Source: Syntrophales bacterium (GTDB lineage Bacteria > Desulfobacterota > Syntrophia > Syntrophales > UBA2210). Taken from it: DNA of 64,000 nucleotides. The DNA is taken from assembly GCA_963666365.2 (NCBI GenBank), contig CAXXNF010000002.1, positions 480,001-544,000 on the forward strand, read 5' to 3'. Positions 56,687 to 64,000 of this stretch are shown piece by piece (within the stretch, counting starts at the first letter, position 1; each line of letters opens with the position of its first letter). A program made the position numbers and the translations under genes. The notes beneath the pieces were generated by a model, which worked only from the letters and a program-made list of their open reading frames with translations, had not been told where the DNA came from and searched no databases.

Positions 56687-57980
56687 GTTCCATCTCCTTG
56701 TTCCTATAGTATGATAGCATCTGTACCATCGGTTTGCGGGCGGTGCGGTCGGGACGAATATCTTGCACGATTTCGGCCTTCAGTGTGCGCCTGCCGTGTG
56801 TGATTTCTATTACCGATCCATAGGCGAGCGGCGCCGTTACTTTAATGAATCCGCAGCAAAGCCCCTTCGGTGTGAAACCTTCGGGCGCATCGGGGCTTGC
56901 AATGCTGTATATGGTTCCTTCGTGCCGATCAATGGCCACATCGGTAACGCAAGTCAATACTGTGCCGATTTCGTCACCTTCGCCGTTAATCACCGCGGAC
57001 GAAGCGCCCGGTGCGACCTTGCGCAGGTCGAACCCTGCAAAGGGATAGACGTATACAGTGTGATCGCAGTGTCTCAGCGCATCATTGCCGAGGAACGGTT
57101 TGGTAAAACGAGTTCCCGTTTCATCGTAGGGGAGGGCATACTGCCAGGGATGATTGATGAAGGGCCAGGGACCGATGTCCTGGTGCGAAAGGGGGAGCAC
57201 CGCTCCCGCTCTCAGGGAATCTCGTGCAGCAAGTCCACAGGGTGTAAGCCCCGCATCGCGGCCTGCGCGTACGAGATTGTCCCAGACCTGAATCAAATGC
57301 TTTGTGTCCATGAAAAGTTCAAAGCCAAACTCCCCCGTATAGCCTGTGCGGGAAAGCAGGACCGGTGTACCGTCGGTCAGCCGGACCTCGTCGGAAAGGG
57401 GTGAGCGGTCGTCGTAATGTCCCTTGAAACTGAAATAGGGCATCCGCTCGAATACCTGTCGAGGGTCGGCGAGATGCGACTCAAGTAAACGGGCGGCACA
57501 GGGGCCCTGGATGTCTATTTTCCCCACTCTGTCGGTAAGATCTATAACGGAAACCGATGAGGGGGCGTGCGCCTGTTTGTTCAAGTGAGCGACGACAGGT
57601 CCACCCATTCCGGCGTTGACCACCACGCAGTAGCTGTCCTCTGCGAACTGCGATACGATTGCATCGTCAAGAACGGCGCCGTCTTCATACAGAAAGGCGC
57701 CATAGGCTGAGCGACCTCGCACAAGCGGGGTTTTGTTTTTTCCCAAGCAGCGGTCTAGATCTTTCGTAAAACAGAACTGCAGAAGGTTACGCGCTTCTTG
57801 GCCGGAAACCGTAATGAGGGACATATGGCTCGTGTCGAAAATACCTGCATCCGTAAGAACGGCAAGGTGCTCATTTCGCGCGCCCGTGGGGTACCAGAGA
57901 GGCATTTCATAACCGCCGAATACGGCCATATGCGCCCCCTCGGCACGGTGCCGACTGTTGAGGGGGGTCTTCTTTTCCAT
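56673..57980 (-). CDS. gcvT: Glycine cleavage system aminomethyltransferase T
   Basis: KTPL, FGGYEMPLWY, FDTSHM, VVNAG, IQGP, SRTGYTGEFGFE, GLAARDSLR. AAGGAG RBS before ATG 57980. Confidence 0.92.
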   Translation of the reverse strand: MEKKTPLNSRHRAEGAHMAVFGGYEMPLWYPTGARNEHLAVLTDAGIFDTSHMSLITVSGQEARNLLQFCFTKDLDRCLGKNKTPLVRGRSAYGAFLYEDGAVLDDAIVSQFAEDSYCVVVNAGMGGPVVAHLNKQAHAPSSVSVIDLTDRVGKIDIQGPCAARLLESHLADPRQVFERMPYFSFKGHYDDRSPLSDEVRLTDGTPVLLSRTGYTGEFGFELFMDTKHLIQVWDNLVRAGRDAGLTPCGLAARDSLRAGAVLPLSHQDIGPWPFINHPWQYALPYDETGTRFTKPFLGNDALRHCDHTVYVYPFAGFDLRKVAPGASSAVINGEGDEIGTVLTCVTDVAIDRHEGTIYSIASPDAPEGFTPKGLCCGFIKVTAPLAYGSVIEITHGRRTLKAEIVQDIRPDRTARKPMVQMLSYYRNKEMEHERN

Positions 57981-58008
57981 TTCGCTCCTTTTTTGTGAAT
58001 CCTTTATT

Positions 58009-58037
58009 TTTCTATGTATCCTCGATGCTTCTGTCAA
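58009..58037 (-). promoter_or_regulatory. Sigma70-type promoter of the gcv operon
   Basis: Minus strand TTGACA (58037-32), 17-nt spacer, TAGAAA (58014-09), preceded by an A-rich UP-like tract. Confidence 0.55.
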
Positions 58038-58355
58038 TATATTTTTTTAATAATCGATGCTTCGTTCACATACGATGCTGCTCTCAACGGGAGGTTCAAG
58101 GGCGCCGTTCGCGCAGACCTGTAAAAAATATCATTAAAGTCCAGACAGGTCAAATAATCACTGCTATAATAATAACTGGTCAATATAATTATACGGTGGT
58201 CGTATAGGTGCAGTATGAAACGACAGCAGGCACAGATGCTGTGAAACAATGGAAAATGGGCAAAACTGCAGCTCCACGGACACAGTAACGGCAAGGGGAG
58301 TTAAGTCATCAAAGATATCGTAATTTCGTGATAAATCAATCGTGCTTGTGTGTGC

Positions 58356-59987
58356 TTATCGGTTATTCCTGGATTCCTTCATCAGTGCCTTGGTGGTGAC
58401 TGTGTCATGAGGAGGGCGACGTTCATCCCGCTCGGGATAATCAATGTTGTAATGGAGCCCTCGACTCTCTTTTCGCAAACAGGAACACTCGATGATCAAC
58501 CGCGCCACCATGGCGATATTGCGGAGTTCCAAAAGTTCTGAGGTGATTTTGAAGTTCCAGTAGTATTCGTTAATTTCCTGAAGGATGATATCGATCCTTC
58601 TTTTGGCCCTTTCCAGGCGTTTGTCGGATCTGACGATCCCCACGTAGTTCCACATGCACATCCGTATTTCATCCCAGTTGTGGGAAACCACGATTGACTC
58701 ATCGCTTTCCGTGGCGCCCTTCGGATCCCAGGGAGGAATTGCAATCGAGTCTTCTTCCGTAGAGTTATAGATTTCTGAAATTCTCGTAAATATCCGGTGG
58801 GCGAACACCACCGCTTCAAGGAGTGAATTGCTTGCGAGGCGGTTGGCGCCGTGAAGACCGGTACAGGCGACCTCTCCGCAGGCATAGAGACGGTCTATGT
58901 TTGTTTCCCCGCGAATGCCCACTTTGACGCCGCCGCATTGATAATGTGCAGCCGGTACCACGGGAATGGATTCCGTGGCCATATCGATTCCCAGTTCCAT
59001 GCATTTTCTGTAGATGTGTGGAAAGCGGCTTCTGAGAAAATCTCGATCGTGGTGGGTAATGTCCAGATACACGCACTCATCGCCGGATTTTTTAATTTCC
59101 CTGTCGATCGCCTTTGCCACTACGTCCCTCGGCGCCAGACTTTTCATGGGATGGTATTTTTCCATGAACGTGGCGCCGCTTTTCAGTCTCAGTGTTCCTC
59201 CTTCGCCGCGCACGGCTTCACTGATCAAAAATGAACGGGCTTCGGGATGATAGAGACAGGTTGGATGAAACTGGATGAATTCCATGTTGGCAATTTCCGC
59301 ACCGGCCCTGAAGGCCATTGCCACGCCGTCTCCCGTGGCGATATCAGGGTTGGTGGTGATGAGGTAGACCTTTCCCGATCCTCCGGTTGCCAGAACAATG
59401 AAACGGGCCCTGAAAGTATGGATGCAATCGTTGTCAACGTCGAATACATAGGCGCCGACGATGCGGTCCGGAAATTGAGGAATGCCGGTCAGTTTTGAAC
59501 GCGTAATCAGGTTGACGGCGAAGTGATTTTCGTAGATGTCGATATGGGGGTTGCGCTCGGCTTCTTCAATAAGCGCTCGCTCGATTTCACGACCCGTAAG
59601 GTCTTTCGCATGAAGGACCCTCCGATGTCGATGGCCGCCTTCTCTGCCCAGGTCATAGGAAGATTCCACGCTACCCTCCATCCGGGTGAATTCGACGCCC
59701 CAATTTATGAGTTCGGCAATGCGTGCGGGACCTTCGGTAACTACAAAACGGACCACCTCTTTGTTGCACAATCCCGCCCCGGCCTCCAGCGTATCCTCAA
59801 TGTGGGAGTCAAAGCTGTCGGTCTTATCCGTAACGGAGGCAATCCCGCCTTGTGCGTAATTTGTGTTCGATTCAACAGTGCCCTTTTTCGTCACGATGGA
59901 CACAGTGCCCAGACCAGCTGCTTTTATGGCAAAACAAAGACCGGCAATACCGCTTCCCAGAATAAGAAAATCGCTTTGTATTTCCAT
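58356..59987 (-). CDS. nadB: L-aspartate oxidase
   Basis: GSGIAGL, YAQGGIA, REGGH, TTNPDIATGDG, EFIQFHPT, SEAVRGEG, PAAHY, GLHGANRLASNSLLE, ESRGLHY. Confidence 0.95.
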   Translation of the reverse strand: MEIQSDFLILGSGIAGLCFAIKAAGLGTVSIVTKKGTVESNTNYAQGGIASVTDKTDSFDSHIEDTLEAGAGLCNKEVVRFVVTEGPARIAELINWGVEFTRMEGSVESSYDLGREGGHRHRRVLHAKDLTGREIERALIEEAERNPHIDIYENHFAVNLITRSKLTGIPQFPDRIVGAYVFDVDNDCIHTFRARFIVLATGGSGKVYLITTNPDIATGDGVAMAFRAGAEIANMEFIQFHPTCLYHPEARSFLISEAVRGEGGTLRLKSGATFMEKYHPMKSLAPRDVVAKAIDREIKKSGDECVYLDITHHDRDFLRSRFPHIYRKCMELGIDMATESIPVVPAAHYQCGGVKVGIRGETNIDRLYACGEVACTGLHGANRLASNSLLEAVVFAHRIFTRISEIYNSTEEDSIAIPPWDPKGATESDESIVVSHNWDEIRMCMWNYVGIVRSDKRLERAKRRIDIILQEINEYYWNFKITSELLELRNIAMVARLIIECSCLRKESRGLHYNIDYPERDERRPPHDTVTTKALMKESRNNR

Positions 59988-60111
59988 TTTAGATCCTAGT
60001 TATGTATTTACAAACGAGAGGCTTTCTTATATACCTTTCCCCGCTGTTTGTGGAGTACTATTTTCACAAGGGAAAAACGTACTCTGAACGGCATTCATAG
60101 AACAGGACGGA

Positions 60112-61143
60112 ATGCAAATAATGATGGTACTGGGCATTGAATCATCCTGCGATGAGACGGCGGCTGCCGTTGTGTCGAACGGCAAGACAATCCTTTCGAA
60201 TGTCGTTGCCTCGCAGGTGGATATTCATCGGCGTTACGGCGGAGTCGTGCCTGAAATCGCTTCGCGTCATCATATAGAGGCGATTGTCCCCGTTATCGAG
60301 CAGGCCCTTGGCGAGGCCGAAATATCGCTCGATGATATAGACGGAATTGCAGTCACACGGGGACCGGGGCTGATCGGATCACTTCTTGTGGGGCTTTCCG
60401 TTGCAAAATCGATAGCCTTTGCCCGCGGAATTCCCTTTGTGGGAGTCAATCATATCGCCGGTCATATCGGCGCACTCTATCTCAGCGAAAATGTACCGCC
60501 CTTTCCTTTTGTGGCCCTTGTGGTCTCGGGTGGACATACCAACATATACCGCGTCGAGGCCCATGACAGTTTTATTCTGCTGGGTCAGACTAGAGATGAT
60601 GCCGCCGGAGAAGCCTTTGATAAGGCGGCAAAGATGCTCGATTTAGGTTATCCGGGGGGTGTAGTAATCGACAGGATTGCTCAACAGGGAGATCCCACAG
60701 CTATTCATTTTCCGAGGGCCATGAAAATGAGCCTGGATTTTAGTTTCAGTGGATTAAAGACAGCGCTTCTGAATTATATAAAACAGCAGGAGTCACCCAT
60801 ACAAACGGAGTGTATTCCCCATATCGCGGCCTCATTTCAGGATGCAATTGTCGATGTTTTGGTTGAAAAAACATTGCGGGCCGCAGAAGAATCATCAATA
60901 TCACGGGTGGCGATATCGGGAGGAGTGGCGGCAAACCGCAGGCTGCGGCACTGTTTTCTCGAGAGGGCGAGACCAAAAGGGATCGATGTAGCTATTCCGC
61001 CGCCGATTCTCTGTACCGACAATGCGGCCATGATTGCCGCCGTGGGTGCGCAAATTCTAAAGGCAGGCGGATCGGATTCCTTCGATTTGAATGCGGTATC
61101 GCGATGGCCCCTGAGCGCAGGTACGTCAAGAGAGGCGAAGTGA
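60112..61143 (+). CDS. tsaD: tRNA N6-adenosine threonylcarbamoyltransferase
   Basis: LGIESSCDET, GGVVPEIASRHH, NHIAGH, VSGGHT, DDAAGEAFDK, FSFSGLKT, CTDNAAMIA. Confidence 0.96.
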   Translation: MQIMMVLGIESSCDETAAAVVSNGKTILSNVVASQVDIHRRYGGVVPEIASRHHIEAIVPVIEQALGEAEISLDDIDGIAVTRGPGLIGSLLVGLSVAKSIAFARGIPFVGVNHIAGHIGALYLSENVPPFPFVALVVSGGHTNIYRVEAHDSFILLGQTRDDAAGEAFDKAAKMLDLGYPGGVVIDRIAQQGDPTAIHFPRAMKMSLDFSFSGLKTALLNYIKQQESPIQTECIPHIAASFQDAIVDVLVEKTLRAAEESSISRVAISGGVAANRRLRHCFLERARPKGIDVAIPPPILCTDNAAMIAAVGAQILKAGGSDSFDLNAVSRWPLSAGTSREAK

Positions 61144-62054
61144 CCACGCCAAAAGAAATACTGGCAAAATATAATATACGGCCGTTAAAACGCTTCGGAC
61201 AATCATTTCTCATTGATCCCAATATCATTGAAAGGATTGTGACAAGCGCCGGTGTCGTTCCTGAGGATACCGTGGTGGAGATCGGCGCCGGCGCGGGTAT
61301 TATGACGGGTATGCTCTGTGAGCGCGCCAGAAAAGTGTTCGCGCTGGAAGTTGACGAAAGAATGATCGAAGTGCTGAGAGAAGAACTGAGTACGCGATCA
61401 AATGCGACGGTTATTCATCAGGATGTGCTGAAGTATGACTTTTCACAGGCGTTCAGGGCATCGGAGGGGCGTCCCTTGGTGGTGATAGGGAATATCCCCT
61501 ACAATATTTCGTCGCAGATCCTGCTTCGCCTGATCCAGTATCGAAGCATCCTGTCGACTGTGGTGCTGATGTGCCAAAAAGAGGTGGCCGAAAGAATCAT
61601 CGCCTCTCCGGGCGCCAAACAATACGGAATTCTTTCAGTACTGACACTGCTGTACTTCGACTGCAAGAAAATAGCAATGGCCTCTCCGGGCTGCTTTTAT
61701 CCAAGACCGCGTATCGATTCAATGGTCCTGAAAATGACGTTGCGCGCCCGTCCTCTGGCAGGGGTAAAAGATCCGGAGCTTTTTCAGGCGTTAGTGAGAG
61801 CCGCTTTTTCGAAGAGAAGGAAAACGCTTGCCAACAGCCTGAAAAATAATCCTTTCCTCCTGTTTGATGATGCTGAAATATTGGAAATAATGCATCACGC
61901 CGGCATCGATCCGAAAAGAAGGGGAGAAACCCTGACCATAGAAGAATTTGCGCGAATGTCGAATGTAATCTATGCGATGCCTTCTACCGGACGATCGGCC
62001 GAAAATGCCCTGCCCGGTCAGGGGGAAACGCTCCACGGACTTGACGACAGGTGA
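61140..62054 (+). CDS. rsmA: 16S rRNA m6,2A dimethyltransferase
   Basis: KRFGQSFL, VEIGAGAG, GNIPYNIS, QKEVAERI, F.KRRKTL.N, RGETL. GTG start overlaps the tsaD stop. Confidence 0.93.
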   Translation: MTTPKEILAKYNIRPLKRFGQSFLIDPNIIERIVTSAGVVPEDTVVEIGAGAGIMTGMLCERARKVFALEVDERMIEVLREELSTRSNATVIHQDVLKYDFSQAFRASEGRPLVVIGNIPYNISSQILLRLIQYRSILSTVVLMCQKEVAERIIASPGAKQYGILSVLTLLYFDCKKIAMASPGCFYPRPRIDSMVLKMTLRARPLAGVKDPELFQALVRAAFSKRRKTLANSLKNNPFLLFDDAEILEIMHHAGIDPKRRGETLTIEEFARMSNVIYAMPSTGRSAENALPGQGETLHGLDDR

Positions 62055-62151
62055 CGGTGCTGGTATGCAGTACCACATAATAAGAGCCGATTGAACAGAG
62101 AAGATGGTGTAATTTGAAATCGGGACTACAGTCGGAGCGGAGGACGAACAT

Positions 62152-63888
62152 ATGACGACCTATGTGGTGATTGTGGGCGTTTTGATTTATCTCGGTCTTT
62201 ACTTCACCTATGGAAAAATGATCGAGAAAAAAGTGGTGGTGGCGTCGAATGGAAGGGAAACGCCTGCGAGACGCCTTTATGACGGAATGGATTACATACC
62301 GGCGCGGAGATCCGTTCTTTTCGGACATCACTTTGCCTCCATTGCCGGCGCCGCCCCCATCATCGGTCCCGCCTTGGCCATATGCTGGGGCTGGCTGCCG
62401 GGATTGCTCTGGGTCTGGTTCGGGAATATTTTCATCGGCGCCGTCCACGATTATCTGGCGCTTATGGCATCAGTGCGATATGACGGCAAGTCGATACAGT
62501 TTGTTGCCGCCGATCTTTTCGGCAGGCGAACGGGCAGGGCTTTCTACTGGTTGGTGTTTTTCATGCTTGTGCTGCTCGTCGGCGCATTCGGCCGTGAAAT
62601 TGGCACGATGTTCGTCGCCACGCCTGCAATTGCCTCGGCCTTTGTATGGCTGATCGTCGCGGCAATAATTCTCGGCATTTTGATCTACAGAGCGAAAATG
62701 AATTTTACGGGCGCCACGGTTATCGGTATCGTTATGGTGTCTCTGTCCATATGGCTTGGCGTCGCCTTTCCCATGAAAGCGACCTACGCAACCTGGATGT
62801 GGGTCTTTTTTTTCTATATCATCATTGCAGCTTCCATCCCCGTGAACGTACTGCTGCAGCCCAGGGACTATCTGAATTCCTGGCTTCTGTATGTGGGCCT
62901 CGCCGTGGGACTCCTGGCGGCGGTTTCGGCCTTCAAATCATTTGATGTGCCCGCATTTTCGAGTTTTTCTCCCATTCTATCCGGTCATAAGCCCACGCCC
63001 TTCTGGCCGGCGATCCCCCTCATCATTGCCTGTGGATCACTTTCCGGTTTCCATTCCATAGTTGCGTCTGGCACCACCTCGAAACAGCTGGAAAGGGAGA
63101 GTGACGGCCTTCTCATAGGGTACGGGGCCATGTTTACGGAGGGACTTTTGTCGACTATCGTCATAATTGCAATAGCGGGCTTCGGTTATACGGCCATCAA
63201 AAATGCCGGTGCGGCGCTGGATATTACCGTAACACTCGATCCGCACAATTGGGGGGCGATGTTTACCAAGACAACGGCTGAGTTAAAACTTGCCGGTGCA
63301 AATCTTTTCATTCAATCCTATGCCGACATGGTAAGCGCCACATGGCTCAGTATACTGCCGGCGAAATACATAAAAATTATCGCAGGTATGTGGGTGGCCG
63401 CCTTTGCGATGACGACGCTTGATACCACGAACCGCGTCGCTCGGTACTGTGTGACTGAAATGGCCGCTCCGTTGAAGGCGCGTGCCACAGGACTGCACGC
63501 CTTTCTCACAAACCGCTGGATCGCCTCGATGATTCCCGCAGCGATAGGCATATACCTTGCTGCAAGCGGTACCTCAACCATTCTCTGGCCGTCCTTTGGC
63601 GCCGCCAATCAGATCATCGCTTCCATCGCTCTCATGACCGGCGCCTGTTACGTAAAGTCGAAACTGAATTCACGGTTCTGCAGCGTCGCCGTAATTCCGG
63701 CCTGGATTCTCTGGATCACCGTGACGGCAGCGTTGGTATGGTTTATGGTGGTGGTGCTGCCGGGGTCAATTATTTCGAATCCGCTGACAGGGTGGACGGT
63801 ATTGGGAATCTGCGTCATTATGGGCATAATGAACATAGTATTCATTTTTGAATTTATCAGGAACTACTATGGCGCTCGTAAAGAGTGA
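62152..63888 (+). CDS. cstA: Carbon starvation protein A family peptide/pyruvate transporter
   Basis: TPA...DGMDYIP, LFGHHFASIAGAAPIIGP, GAVHD, LLQPRDY, IACGSLSGFHS, IGYGAM..EG, TTLDT, LWPSFGAANQ. Confidence 0.93.
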   Translation: MTTYVVIVGVLIYLGLYFTYGKMIEKKVVVASNGRETPARRLYDGMDYIPARRSVLFGHHFASIAGAAPIIGPALAICWGWLPGLLWVWFGNIFIGAVHDYLALMASVRYDGKSIQFVAADLFGRRTGRAFYWLVFFMLVLLVGAFGREIGTMFVATPAIASAFVWLIVAAIILGILIYRAKMNFTGATVIGIVMVSLSIWLGVAFPMKATYATWMWVFFFYIIIAASIPVNVLLQPRDYLNSWLLYVGLAVGLLAAVSAFKSFDVPAFSSFSPILSGHKPTPFWPAIPLIIACGSLSGFHSIVASGTTSKQLERESDGLLIGYGAMFTEGLLSTIVIIAIAGFGYTAIKNAGAALDITVTLDPHNWGAMFTKTTAELKLAGANLFIQSYADMVSATWLSILPAKYIKIIAGMWVAAFAMTTLDTTNRVARYCVTEMAAPLKARATGLHAFLTNRWIASMIPAAIGIYLAASGTSTILWPSFGAANQIIASIALMTGACYVKSKLNSRFCSVAVIPAWILWITVTAALVWFMVVVLPGSIISNPLTGWTVLGICVIMGIMNIVFIFEFIRNYYGARKE

Positions 63889-64000
63889 CGACAGGAGGAT
63901 TCGACGCTGTACAACGATACAGCGCGGTCGTGTGTGCCATGGCCATGATTGATGTCTGAAAAGCACCGCGAAAAAATAACGACAAAAATAGCTTGACACA

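Noticed and set aside
58040..58350. Glycine or c-di-GMP riboswitch between nadB and gcvT
   Set aside because: No GGAGA/CCGAAG/CUCUCAGG glycine core on the minus strand; the GGCAAA word is on the wrong strand and lacks the paired stems.
1..64000. tRNA/rRNA genes, CRISPR arrays, transposases, integrases, prophage genes, Sec/Pyl read-through, frameshifted pseudogenes
   Set aside because: None recognised by eye: intergenic gaps are short, no regularly spaced repeats were seen, and recognised genes look full length. tRNAscan, Infernal and CRISPR finders were not run.

Overview
Gene-dense, roughly 50-55% GC (by eye) bacterial chromosome segment. Gene content and protein styles suggest an anaerobic Desulfobacterota/Syntrophales-like organism (inference). 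About 44 CDSs: an SDR, a PAS protein, queDEC, an acyl-CoA carboxyltransferase, transporters and hydrolases, three adjacent large secreted proteins that each carry a dockerin-like Ca-binding duplex (15.1-26.0 kb), pncB/pncA, an acyl-CoA dehydrogenase and ligase, patB, a sigma54-driven type III glutamine synthetase, a trpB-A-D-C-F operon, a PAS histidine kinase, a CPA2 antiporter, a YdbH/YdbL-like pair, lipA, the gcvT-H-PA-PB glycine cleavage operon, nadB, tsaD, rsmA and cstA. I saw no tRNA, rRNA, CRISPR array or mobile element. The most striking locus is the trp operon. It has an unannotated 32-aa leader peptide with three consecutive Trp codons, followed by two tandem intrinsic terminators that appear coupled (the freed 3' arm of terminator 1 can pair with the 5' arm of terminator 2). 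The operon lacks trpE/trpG, and its TrpD is fused to an N-terminal Lrp/AsnC (RAM) amino-acid-binding domain. Next most interesting is the trio of dockerin-tagged secreted proteins with no cohesin in the window. All calls come from motif recognition by eye; no searches or folding programs were run.
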